From positions 1-29,783 of the IMG/VR virus record IMGVR_UViG_3300020059_000008: a DNA stretch of 29,783 bases. One strand, given 5' to 3'. This document shows, piece by piece, positions 8,906 to 17,772 of this stretch; the first letter of the stretch is position 1, and each line of letters opens with the position of its first letter. This stretch comes from a virus. Taxonomy: Duplodnaviria > Caudoviricetes. Made by a program: the position numbers and the translations under genes. The notes beneath the pieces are model-generated. The model did not search any database, was not told where the DNA came from, and saw only the letters and a list, made by a program, of their open reading frames with translations.

Positions 8906-9044
8906 CGAGCGTAGCGAGCGGTGCGAGGAACGAGCACTCTTGAGCGAACGTAGTGAGCATACGAGCGTAGCGAGTTCGTTGAGCGAAGCGAAAGGTTAGC
9001 GAGCATAGCGAGCGTCTCTTGATCTGCTTTCCGAGCGAAGCGAG
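8906..9044 (+). repeat. Cluster of CGAGC-RNA-GCGAG mini-hairpin repeats
   Basis: Copies at 8906-8918, 8962-8974, 8981-8991 (core), 9000-9012 (ATA loop) and 9032-9044, plus related GTGC-GAG-GAA-CGA-GCAC at 8921-8937. Confidence 0.85.
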
Positions 9045-9156
9045 GCGTTTTTTTTGAGTGTAATCAGTGGGTTACACATGCTCACCCATCTCCGGTCTGG
9101 TTGTCATAGTCTAGTATCCTCAGTGTGCAGTGTGTGTGAGTGAGTGTGTGAGTGTG

Positions 9157-9205
9157 CAGCTTAGGTGCTAGTCCACTTTATTGGAATGGACTAGACCCTA
9201 AGTTG
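9157..9205 (-). terminator. Long stem-loop after the 230 aa gene (terminator or processing site)
   Basis: CAGCTTAGG-tg-CTAGTCCA ... TGGACTAG-ac-CCTAAGTTG, 15 nt past the stop; no U-tract, so not a classic intrinsic terminator. Confidence 0.5.
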
Positions 9206-9219
9206 TAGCTAGTCGGAGA

Positions 9220-9912
9220 CTAGAAGTCCTCCGCTGTTGTAGTCTGGCAAGCCTCTGCCACACTGATGAGGTACTTACTATAGCGTTCAGCGTCGGCCGG
9301 CTCAAGCTGTTCTGCAAACTGGCTTACATAGCCTGCCATCTTCTCCTTGATGTTAGCAGGTTGTAAGCCGAGAGCATCTTTCTTCCTAAACAGTGTTGTT
9401 GCCATTGCAGTAGCAGGAGCAGACTTTCCCTGTCCACTAAACCAAGAGGCGAAAGCATTACCTGCCTCTTTGAGCATCTGCATGAACACCTTATTACCGA
9501 TACGCTCTCCTGTAGCGATCAGTTCTTCAAACGAAGCAGCGATACTTTGACCTTCTTTCAAATCAGCGGTACCACTCACATATTTGTTACGTGCCTGTGC
9601 TTTACACGCAGCGACTCCGGCATCAAACAACCATTGCAGATTCTCATCAGCATACAATGGGAGTCCATCCTCATCCCCATCTTCTGCCGTTCTGCCGCGA
9701 AGCGTAGCAGGTGGAGCCGAGATTCCGAACGCTGCAAGTGTAGGAACAGGGATATTCATTTTCCCGATTGCTTCGTACTCATACTGAGCATTCGGGTCTG
9801 TCGCTTTGTACCCAGGTTTCAAAACCTTTTTGCTTAATGGGACTACAAGCATTACCCAATGTTCTGGGAGTTTGCTCTGCGGTGTTTCTACTACTGTCGT
9901 TGAGTCAACCAT
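9220..9912 (-). CDS. Hypothetical protein (230 aa, C-terminal EDF)
   Basis: Long ORF with AAGGA SD; last gene of the leftward early cluster. Confidence 0.85.
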   Translation of the reverse strand: MVDSTTVVETPQSKLPEHWVMLVVPLSKKVLKPGYKATDPNAQYEYEAIGKMNIPVPTLAAFGISAPPATLRGRTAEDGDEDGLPLYADENLQWLFDAGVAACKAQARNKYVSGTADLKEGQSIAASFEELIATGERIGNKVFMQMLKEAGNAFASWFSGQGKSAPATAMATTLFRKKDALGLQPANIKEKMAGYVSQFAEQLEPADAERYSKYLISVAEACQTTTAEDF

Positions 9913-9988
9913 TGCGGAATTTCCTTTCGTGGCATATTACGTTAAGCCTACTTACTACAATCCATGTTCAGGCATACATGGAGGGTTA

Positions 9989-10186
9989 CTAAATAGATTC
10001 CTCTACTCCTGCCTCAACAAGACAATCATATGTGGCTTCGTTGATCTCCCAATACTTCATCTCAATTGCCGGACCTGTCTCATTTGTCCACATCATAAGA
10101 GAAAGTCTATCGGGTATGGCACCGTCTCCTGCATGCAAAACAAGAGTTATCGTTGTCCACGAGCTTTCATTAGGTGCGTTAGGCAT
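9989..10186 (-). CDS. Hypothetical protein
   Basis: 65 aa, AAGGA SD, in the leftward gene series. Confidence 0.65.
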   Translation of the reverse strand: MPNAPNESSWTTITLVLHAGDGAIPDRLSLMMWTNETGPAIEMKYWEINEATYDCLVEAGVEESI

Positions 10187-10280
10187 GGTGCAATTTCCTT
10201 CATGGTTAATTCAGTCTAGTTGACAGGACGTTACCGTGCAAGGGTGAAAATTGCTAGACTATCTCCCTCTAAGTTATACG

Positions 10281-10550
10281 CTATTTGTGTTGATAGAAGC
10301 ATGTAGTCTCAAAATTTGCTTCAATCCAGTTAAGTACACTCAACAAATCAGGAATATCAGAATACACTTCCCTGATTTTATCAAGACTACTCCCAGTTGC
10401 AAGCATAAATCCGATACAGTTATACCAGTTACAATACCAGTATTCCATATCCGGTGCTGCATTAAAGTGTACACGCATTCTGTTATCTACCTCATTGAGA
10501 ATAGCGGGTTGATGCGTTGTCTTGTCGATCAGTTGAAAACATGCAGGCAT
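10281..10550 (-). CDS. Hypothetical protein
   Basis: 89 aa, AAGGA SD, WY..WY..IGF.LA.G motif. Confidence 0.75.
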   Translation of the reverse strand: MPACFQLIDKTTHQPAILNEVDNRMRVHFNAAPDMEYWYCNWYNCIGFMLATGSSLDKIREVYSDIPDLLSVLNWIEANFETTCFYQHK

Positions 10551-10564
10551 GATACAGTATCCTT

Positions 10565-10726
10565 TTAACTTTCAGGTGAGTTATATAACGTGATTGATAT
10601 TATCTCAACATAGTCTTGCCATTCGTCAATGACTGCATAACCAGCATTATCTGATGTGATAGCAGATACATTTACTGTATGTTCCATTCCATCAGTAGTG
10701 CGGAAAGTGACAACGTAGTTGTTCAT
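10565..10726 (-). CDS. Small hypothetical protein (53 aa)
   Basis: Below the ORF track cut-off; GAGGA SD; MNNYVVTFRTTDGMEHTVNVSAITSDNAGYAVIDEWQDYVEIISITLYNSPES. Confidence 0.65.
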   Translation of the reverse strand: MNNYVVTFRTTDGMEHTVNVSAITSDNAGYAVIDEWQDYVEIISITLYNSPES

Positions 10727-10914
10727 GGTGGTATCCTCAATGGTGGTAAATGTGTTACTGCTCGTTACTACTGTGTTACTACTGTGTTAGACTCTGAATA
10801 ACAAATAAGTTCACCGCTCGGTTGACATTAAATAACAAATACTTTTACACTATCTGGCATGATTTATGCTCCCAATCCCCAAATATGGGTCATTTTATAA
10901 TCAGATTGGATGAT

Positions 10915-10923
10915 AGTATAACA
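10915..10923 (-). promoter_or_regulatory. Possible leftward extended -10 promoter (TGtTATACT)
   Basis: TGn-TATACT on the minus strand upstream of the leftward early genes. Confidence 0.4.
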
Positions 10924-10953
10924 GACGAAACACTAAAACCGAAACACAAAATA

Positions 10954-11570
10954 CGACCTGATGTGATATCACTATTTGGATGCAAAATACGGAATGATAT
11001 AGTATCACAGATGGATATTATGTGTGATGGATGGATGGATTTCACGATTTAGGGTTTCACGATTTCAGGGAAAATAAAAGATACTTATTTTGATAAGTCG
11101 ATAGGGGGGTCCGTAATCTGGCGGTATAAAACCATGCATAGTGGAATATACTACGGGGTAAGCATACGAGCCGAGCGGGAGGGAGAGAGTATATGGTCTA
11201 AGGTAGGAGGATTATAGAGGGAGAGAGTATATAGTGTATAATATATGGTATAGTGTTATAGGGTATTTAAATATTATTTTTTAATGTTAAAACTTTGACG
11301 GCTAATGTATGCTGTGGAAAATAAGACTCTCTTACTCTATCCACACATGAATCCTCTCCCAACAGACTCCATACTCTCTCCTCACATCCCTCCTCACTGC
11401 ACTCCACACTCTCCCATACACTCCATACACTAAACTGCTATGCTATTACACTATGGGCACTTTTACCTGACCGAATTACGGACCCCCCCAAGCCTCTAAC
11501 GAAATAAAAAACTTTTTTTCTGCATTTTTCGTGCTATACTCAAATTCCAGACATCCAAAAAATCAGGTCG
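10954..11570. repeat. Large degenerate inverted repeat at the divergence point (candidate origin/control region)
   Basis: Nested inverted blocks: CGACCTGAT 10954-62 / 11562-70; TTTGGATG 10975-82 / 11552-59; GGGGGGTCCGTAAT 11104-17 / 11475-88; CATAGTG and GGAGAGAGTAT blocks further in; AT-rich centre near 11260-11295. Confidence 0.85.
11532..11540 (+). promoter_or_regulatory. Possible rightward extended -10 promoter (TGcTATACT)
   Basis: TGn-TATACT 80 bp upstream of the first rightward gene. Confidence 0.45.
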
Positions 11571-11619
11571 AAAAGTACACCTACGATACGATGCATACTA
11601 TATAAAGGAGAATAATATC

Positions 11620-12096
11620 ATGGCAGCATTCAAAGATATGACGAAAGAACAACAAGAGGCATACTTAAAAGCTATTGAGAGCACGAGTCCAATCCACACA
11701 CTTCCTGCTACCAATACACAAACTATTAAATCTGTTAAGCCTGCACCATTAACAGAAGAGGAAAAGGCTGCTATTCGTGAAAAGAAAAGAAAGGAAAGAC
11801 TTGCAGCAAGGCTAGAAGAGATAGAAATTATAGACGCATTGAAAGCAAAATTGAAGGCTAAAGCTAAAGCACAAGCACAAGCTGAGAAAGAAGCAAAAGA
11901 CAATGAGGAGAATGCAAAGTACCTTGATATGAACTACTATGCAAAATATGAAGAGGATTTTAAGAAGTTGTCTGCAATAGATCAGATAAGAGCAAAACTT
12001 GAATTACATAATAAACAAGAAGGAACAATCAAGGTTGATATTGACTCGATGGACCTAAGTAGATTGGTAAGAGGCTCAGACGAAGACATACACTAA
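11620..12096 (+). CDS. Hypothetical charged coiled-coil protein
   Basis: AAAGGAG SD; K/E/A-rich helix. Confidence 0.85.
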   Translation: MAAFKDMTKEQQEAYLKAIESTSPIHTLPATNTQTIKSVKPAPLTEEEKAAIREKKRKERLAARLEEIEIIDALKAKLKAKAKAQAQAEKEAKDNEENAKYLDMNYYAKYEEDFKKLSAIDQIRAKLELHNKQEGTIKVDIDSMDLSRLVRGSDEDIH

Positions 12097-12106
12097 AAAC
12101 AATAAT

Positions 12107-12325
12107 ATGACAACTTCAACAGAACTACTTAAGAGTATAAAAGCAAGATTAGCTACAGGCTCTAGTGTATTTGATCTAGCTAATGATATACTAGAAGTGA
12201 GTAGATTACTTGAAGAGGAGGAGAAACTAACACTGGTTCCATATAAGAGAATACAGAATAGAATGAAGAAAGCAAGACAACGTAGAAACAAAGCAATTAT
12301 CAAATTCTACTCTAGCAGATATTAA
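12107..12325 (+). CDS. Hypothetical basic protein
   Basis: 72 aa, in series, K/R-rich C-terminus. Confidence 0.6.
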   Translation: MTTSTELLKSIKARLATGSSVFDLANDILEVSRLLEEEEKLTLVPYKRIQNRMKKARQRRNKAIIKFYSSRY

Positions 12326-12362
12326 TATCTGTATGTCACTAACACTTAAAGGATATACTGAA

Positions 12363-13736
12363 ATGACTCTACAAACTCTTCAGGCCACACAAGATGCACA
12401 AGCTACTTCAACTGCTCTCGTAACACAATCACTTGCTACGCATCGTAACACTCTACAAATCTTTATCACATCAAATGTTATTCCATTTCGTCCATACACA
12501 TACTCTACTGCTCCTACTACTCTAATCACATATCGCTTGCGAGGTGAAGAGTATGTCCGCTACATGGAAGTAGAATCCGCAGACATTGCTAAAGTATTCA
12601 TGCATAACTTCTGCGATACATATGAATTTAGTAGTAGCATATTCACTCCAGACAATGGAAAGCAAACTGCACCTAAGCCATACTATATCTCAGAAGTCAC
12701 GGAAGATCAGATCGCAGCTAATAAGCAACGAGTACAAAATGAACTCAAGAGGAAAGCAGAGCATAATAACTACAAACGTATCTTCGCAGACTCAATACGA
12801 GATCAACGGAAGTACCACATCAAGTCACTGGATCAACATACCATCGTCTCATGCCCAGTGACAGGTATCTGCTTTGAAGTATCGATGCCTTCAATCCCAG
12901 TGTTTCTTCAACAGCACCACCCACTAGCAAACACTGGCAATGTGCTTAAAACACTTGAATGGTTCTTTGAAACAAGTGAAGTCCCTGATCGCATAAGTGA
13001 ACTCGATACTTCAGTACTTGCTGGTATCCTCCTTGTGCTACTTCGCATGAAGCACATACTAATTGAACAAGAAACAAGTGCTTTAGCAGAAAACGCACTA
13101 CTCCAACACATTCCAAGAGGTACACTCTGCCACTACATCAAGAGTATCTGGCACGGAAAAGAGCAGAATAAAGTATGGCAGAACATGCCAAAACTTCGCT
13201 TGAATGCTGAAGGTCAAAGTGTACTCGCTACGCTTGAATCATGGTTCAAGACTCTAAACGCTCACTTCATTGGGAAGACAATAGATACTGATACAGCAGC
13301 AAAGCTCTTTGAGTCCACACGTAACAAATCACCAGCACAAAAGACTCTCCGTATTTACTCCGCTGAAGTCTCTCAACACAAGAAACTAAATGGGAGCAAA
13401 GAGGCAGCACAATTCCTTTATAAGCAGTTAGCTTCCTCTATGAATCCAACTCTACGTGTATTGGTGAAGAGGACAATCGCCAACCTGATAGTGATTACAG
13501 CAGGACAAAAAGAAACACTATCAGAAGCAATATCACATCAATTCATTACGCATCCCACTCTCAAGGACAAAGCGAAACAGTTGATTGATGTATTGAGTGG
13601 AGTACATACGGAACACATCGCACAAGGACTTGAGAGAGTAAGTGATCTGTTTGGTAATGATTCCGTAACCACTACTCCAAAGCGTAGTATGGCTGAGATA
13701 CTTGCAGCCAAAGCAGCACAGCGTAACGTGCAGTAG
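12363..13736 (+). CDS. Large hypothetical early protein (CPVTG motif)
   Basis: ~457 aa; AAAGGA SD before ATG 12363; contains SCPVTGICF and HPL motifs; no family recognised. Confidence 0.85.
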   Translation: MTLQTLQATQDAQATSTALVTQSLATHRNTLQIFITSNVIPFRPYTYSTAPTTLITYRLRGEEYVRYMEVESADIAKVFMHNFCDTYEFSSSIFTPDNGKQTAPKPYYISEVTEDQIAANKQRVQNELKRKAEHNNYKRIFADSIRDQRKYHIKSLDQHTIVSCPVTGICFEVSMPSIPVFLQQHHPLANTGNVLKTLEWFFETSEVPDRISELDTSVLAGILLVLLRMKHILIEQETSALAENALLQHIPRGTLCHYIKSIWHGKEQNKVWQNMPKLRLNAEGQSVLATLESWFKTLNAHFIGKTIDTDTAAKLFESTRNKSPAQKTLRIYSAEVSQHKKLNGSKEAAQFLYKQLASSMNPTLRVLVKRTIANLIVITAGQKETLSEAISHQFITHPTLKDKAKQLIDVLSGVHTEHIAQGLERVSDLFGNDSVTTTPKRSMAEILAAKAAQRNVQ

Positions 13737-13770
13737 CACCTAACATCAAACTGAAAAGGAACGTAGTATC

Positions 13771-14094
13771 ATGGTACAATCAAGTACTGGAATAGCTTTG
13801 CCTATAACGTTTTACAGGTTTAGGAAGGATGGTACTCCAAATCCTGATATTAAGCGAGCATTCCTCCAAATCCTCAACATAACTCCGGAAGATGCTATCT
13901 CAGGCTATCTACTATCAGAAGATGGTAGCCAGTGGACTCTAATACTTGAAACTCCGGTGTATGAAGCACTGAAGCACTCTGCTGATGTGGACTGCATCGT
14001 AAGTTTTCAAGTAAGAAGGCAGGGAGCATATGCTGTAGCAAGACTCAACAAGAACAGCAAACAAATTGAAACTAACACAGAGGAACAATCATGA
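13771..14094 (+). CDS. Hypothetical protein
   Basis: AAGGA SD; ATGA overlap with the next gene. Confidence 0.75.
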   Translation: MVQSSTGIALPITFYRFRKDGTPNPDIKRAFLQILNITPEDAISGYLLSEDGSQWTLILETPVYEALKHSADVDCIVSFQVRRQGAYAVARLNKNSKQIETNTEEQS

Positions 14095-14345
14095 GCACAT
14101 CAAACAAAATTGATAAGATCAGCCCTCAAGCAATACGTGAACAGCAACAGAAAGAGATCAACAAACCATATCGTAATGAAATTACTACAACAGAACAAGA
14201 AGTAATAAATCATATACAGAGAAATATACATGATGCTATAGAGTTAATAGAAACTGCTACGGAATTGCGTGATGGATTAGAGTATAAGACTGAAGCTAGA
14301 AAAAGAGCTAATGAGGTGTTTCTCAAATTAGGAGATTGCTTATGA
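14091..14345 (+). CDS. Hypothetical protein
   Basis: GAGGA SD; ATGA overlaps at both ends. Confidence 0.7.
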   Translation: MSTSNKIDKISPQAIREQQQKEINKPYRNEITTTEQEVINHIQRNIHDAIELIETATELRDGLEYKTEARKRANEVFLKLGDCL

Positions 14346-16369
14346 GCCTCTCACTACAAGATATACTAAAAGCCAAGCGCGAGCAGCAGCAAACCACAAG
14401 AGCAATTCCACCTATCGTTGAGCAGTCAATCAATAACAGGTCAGCAGAGCACAAACCAACTGAGATAGAGGCAACAGACGCAGAGATAATCTCCGAAACA
14501 CCAAAGCCTGTAAAGATCAATGGAGAAGAGCATAGGACTTTTACTTTCGAGGGTGATCTTACTCCAATCCTCGGATTCTATGATACCCTCAACGCAGTCA
14601 AGTTAGATTCTACTCTATGGAATAGCCTTAACCTTACACAGAGGTTAAAGCTAGGCCACATGTATCGTCAACAGCTTGACTTAGCAGCTCAATCACTCTC
14701 TCGTACATATACTGAGACAGAACAAGCGATCAGACAAGCAGAAGCTCAAGCCTCAGACGAAGAAGCACACGTATCAGAAGAGGCTAAAGAGGAGAAAGCT
14801 AAAACATTCGCGCTCTCTATCGTACTTAACGAGAGACAGCAGTTTGGAGTTGATTTTGTTAAAGCAAGAAAGCCTTTTGTCTATACTGGAGCAGCGGGTA
14901 CAGGAAAGACAACAGGATGCAGAGAGATAGTAAAAGCAGCCCTCACAGAAGATGCAGACTGGCTAGGTTCTCACTCATTCAATGTAGGTGGAGGTGAGCA
15001 TACAACGGGTCCAGGTGTAGCAGTCTGCTCCTACACCAGAAGAGCAACAGCTAATATTAGACGAGCACTTCATGCAGACCCATTCCTCGAATCCTCTCTC
15101 CCACACAATATCATTACCATTCATAAACTCTTGGAGTATCAGCCTATCTTCTTCTTCAATACTGAGACAGGCAAGGATACCATGAGATTTGAACCACAAC
15201 GCACAGCATCTAATCCTCTAACAATCAAGCTACTAATCATCGAAGAAGCCTCTATGCTTGGTCTCGATCTCTGGGAGAAACTGTATGATGCATTACTCCC
15301 AGGTATAGTAATCATCTTCGTCGGTGACATCAATCAACTTCCTCCTGTGTTTGGTAAATCCATCATGAATTATGCTCTTGCTCAACTACCTATTGTGGAA
15401 CTCACTGAAGTCTACAGACAAGCACTAGACAGTGGGATCATAGTCAACGCTCATCGTATCCTAAAAGGTGAAACATTAGAAGCTAATAAGGATACTGAGA
15501 TCGTGGTAGGTAAGAGTATAACGAAAGCTGGACAGGATAAGACAGCTAGAGCACTAGGAGGAGCTTTCTTTCCTGCCCTCTTCGAACGTGGAGAGTATGA
15601 TCCAGAGCAGGATATCATCCTCTCACCATGGAATAAACAAGCACTAGGGACAAACAATCTCAACTGCTGGATTAGTCAGTTCTTAGGAGTTAAGAGAAAT
15701 GCGATGGTGTATGAAGTCTTCGCAGGAAGGCGCACCATGTATCTTGCAGTAGGTGATCGTGTGATGTATGAGAAGAGGGATGGAGTAATCAAGACAATCT
15801 CTCACAATGGAAGTTATCTGGGACGTATTCCTCAACCTGCTGGGAGTGACTTGTCACGATTTGGAGTGCGTATCATGGGGGCTGACGCAGCAAAGCATGA
15901 AGACTTTGATCAGATGGTAGCAGGCTACGCTAACTTTGATGCAGATGCTCCACTAGATGAGGAGAAGAAACTACAGTCCTCCCATGTAGTAACTCTTGAG
16001 TTAGATGATGGTGAAGAGGTTAGTTTATCAGCAGTGGGAGATTTCGCAGATCAAGTATTCTCTCTGGGATACGCTATCACAGTCCACAAAGCACAAGGCT
16101 GTGAATGGAGGAAAGTGTTCCTCATACTCCACGCTGATCACTCAATCGGATCATTCCTTACACGTGAACTCCTCTACACCGCTGTAACACGAGCTAAAGA
16201 AAAACTCATCGTGATAGCTAAGCCTGACATCATTGCAAAGTGTGTGAGAAATCAGAGTATCAAAGGTGCAACACTGGAGGAGAAGATACAAAGCATCAAC
16301 TCTGGAGCAAAGAACATTGGAGCATATCAGGTGACAAAGCCGATACAGACTAAACAACAACCACACTAA
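14342..16369 (+). CDS. RecD/Dda-like superfamily 1B helicase
   Basis: Walker A TGAAGTGKTT, TIHKLL, IIEEASM, VGDINQLPPV, LTEVYRQA, YAITVHKAQGCEW, LLYTAVTRAK. Confidence 0.95.
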   Translation: MSLSLQDILKAKREQQQTTRAIPPIVEQSINNRSAEHKPTEIEATDAEIISETPKPVKINGEEHRTFTFEGDLTPILGFYDTLNAVKLDSTLWNSLNLTQRLKLGHMYRQQLDLAAQSLSRTYTETEQAIRQAEAQASDEEAHVSEEAKEEKAKTFALSIVLNERQQFGVDFVKARKPFVYTGAAGTGKTTGCREIVKAALTEDADWLGSHSFNVGGGEHTTGPGVAVCSYTRRATANIRRALHADPFLESSLPHNIITIHKLLEYQPIFFFNTETGKDTMRFEPQRTASNPLTIKLLIIEEASMLGLDLWEKLYDALLPGIVIIFVGDINQLPPVFGKSIMNYALAQLPIVELTEVYRQALDSGIIVNAHRILKGETLEANKDTEIVVGKSITKAGQDKTARALGGAFFPALFERGEYDPEQDIILSPWNKQALGTNNLNCWISQFLGVKRNAMVYEVFAGRRTMYLAVGDRVMYEKRDGVIKTISHNGSYLGRIPQPAGSDLSRFGVRIMGADAAKHEDFDQMVAGYANFDADAPLDEEKKLQSSHVVTLELDDGEEVSLSAVGDFADQVFSLGYAITVHKAQGCEWRKVFLILHADHSIGSFLTRELLYTAVTRAKEKLIVIAKPDIIAKCVRNQSIKGATLEEKIQSINSGAKNIGAYQVTKPIQTKQQPH

Positions 16370-16381
16370 GGAGCACAGCAG

Positions 16382-16507
16382 ATGAAAGATATGTTTCGCC
16401 TTTTTGGAACAATGACACTAGTGTTCATTATAATGATACTAACACTACCATGGATAGCAAAATTCATTTGCTTCTATTTTAATTATGTAAAAGGATGGAC
16501 ATTATGA
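16382..16507 (+). CDS. Small membrane protein (41 aa)
   Basis: Below the track cut-off; AAGGAG SD; MKDMFRLFGTMTLVFIIMILTLPWIAKFICFYFNYVKGWTL; ATGA overlap with the next gene. Confidence 0.55.
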   Translation: MKDMFRLFGTMTLVFIIMILTLPWIAKFICFYFNYVKGWTL

Positions 16508-16812
16508 GCGACATGAACTTCAATGCAATAACAACACTAAAGGAACTAAAGGCTGCTGGATTCTCTGAGCCTCAAGCAGAGGCAGCAGCAATGGAATTGC
16601 TTAAGTTGAACAATATACTCCTCTCTATCATGCTGACAAAAGAAGAATTCAAGCAAGAGCTGAGAGTATCGAATTTAAGTATTGAGAGCAAGATTGGTGA
16701 TTTGGGACACAAGATAGATAAGCTGAAATATCAACTTCTCACACAGTTAGGAACTCTAATGATTATACTCTTTGGAGTAGCACCAAAGATTGTTGAATGG
16801 ATAATGAGGTGA
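16504..16812 (+). CDS. DUF1640/CCDC90-like coiled-coil membrane-anchored protein
   Basis: FNA....KELKAAGFSEPQAEA head, LTKEE neck, coiled coil, C-terminal hydrophobic helix. Confidence 0.75.
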   Translation: MSDMNFNAITTLKELKAAGFSEPQAEAAAMELLKLNNILLSIMLTKEEFKQELRVSNLSIESKIGDLGHKIDKLKYQLLTQLGTLMIILFGVAPKIVEWIMR

Positions 16813-16817
16813 ATGTC

Positions 16818-17051
16818 ATGATACTCTGCGACGACACCACAGGTAAACCAATCCTCTCTCACTCACAAGTTACACTCCTTGGGAGCAATGAGGTAGGAGA
16901 ACTCTATAGTTCACATCAGCCACACAAAATAGGAGATCCAGGTAGAGTGTACATCAAAACAAAGAGTGGAGCTGTAGTGTGTGTCTCACCAGCAGCAATT
17001 GGAGCTTCATTCATTGAGGAAGCAGACGAGCATGAGAGATGCGAATCATGA
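16818..17051 (+). CDS. Hypothetical protein
   Basis: GAGGTG SD before ATG 16818. Confidence 0.65.
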   Translation: MILCDDTTGKPILSHSQVTLLGSNEVGELYSSHQPHKIGDPGRVYIKTKSGAVVCVSPAAIGASFIEEADEHERCES

Positions 17052-17194
17052 ATAGCAACTGGCAATGTACTTGTGGTACACCACTCATCTTCAAGAAGAA
17101 AAAGACGATAGATGATGCAATTGAACGTTACTACTCTTGCAGTAACAAAGAGTGTAATCTCATATGGTGCTCTGCTGAGAGGATTGAATGGTAA
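17048..17194 (+). CDS. Small zinc-finger protein, Ogr/Delta-like
   Basis: Below the track cut-off; ATGA-coupled; MNSNWQCTCGTPLIFKKKKTIDDAIERYYSCSNKECNLIWCSAERIEW; ERYxxCxNxxC resembles P2 Ogr. Confidence 0.55.
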   Translation: MNSNWQCTCGTPLIFKKKKTIDDAIERYYSCSNKECNLIWCSAERIEW

Positions 17195-17268
17195 AAGCAT
17201 AGGGAAGAGTTGCTAAATTATCCTCATGGAACTAAAAGACAACACAGATCACAGGACAATAATACAGA

Positions 17269-17772
17269 ATGAGTGCTGTACCAATGAAGGAAGAGAGTTT
17301 CACAGAGTTGACTGAGATAGAGTATGACTCCACATGCATTCTTCCAGAACTCATACTCCTTACCTCGCTCATGCTACGCACTCCTCAACTCTTCCTCTTC
17401 TCATTCGCTTCTTCTGCTGAATACAAGAGCAGTATGAGAACAGAGCGTAATATCTGGCTACATCCTTTGATACCAAATCTCATAAGGGGCCGACGGGAGC
17501 TTCTATACACACACTTCCCTCTCACATCTTCACTCCTACCAGATGTATGTGCATCGTGTCTAACAGCCTTTCCACTTACCACTTCAGGTAGACTTCGTAC
17601 AAGATGTTATAGATGCGAGGAAGGAGAGAATGCTATTAGAGATTACTCGGTATTACAACAAGAATTAGCTACCTTCTGGGTACCTCACGTACTCTTTGAG
17701 ACACTTATCTCACAACTGATCTACAAGTACTATTCACCAAACGGAGACAAAACATGGGCACTGATGTTGTAG
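17269..17772 (+). CDS. Hypothetical protein with CxxC...CxxC zinc ribbon
   Basis: CASC ... CYRC; AGGA SD. Confidence 0.65.
   Translation: MSAVPMKEESFTELTEIEYDSTCILPELILLTSLMLRTPQLFLFSFASSAEYKSSMRTERNIWLHPLIPNLIRGRRELLYTHFPLTSSLLPDVCASCLTAFPLTTSGRLRTRCYRCEEGENAIRDYSVLQQELATFWVPHVLFETLISQLIYKYYSPNGDKTWALML

Noticed and set aside
8906-9044. CRISPR-like mini-array
   Set aside because: Repeats are only 11-13 bp with irregular 6-43 bp gaps; no cas operon, and the Cas4-like nuclease sits in a normal recombination module.
10822-11052. 76 aa plus-strand ORF in the control region
   Set aside because: TTG start, no SD, overlaps the inverted-repeat arm; probably spurious.
11255-11300. Protelomerase (hairpin telomere) target at the palindrome centre
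   Set aside because: No long perfect palindrome at the centre (only TATTTAAATA) and no protelomerase gene seen.
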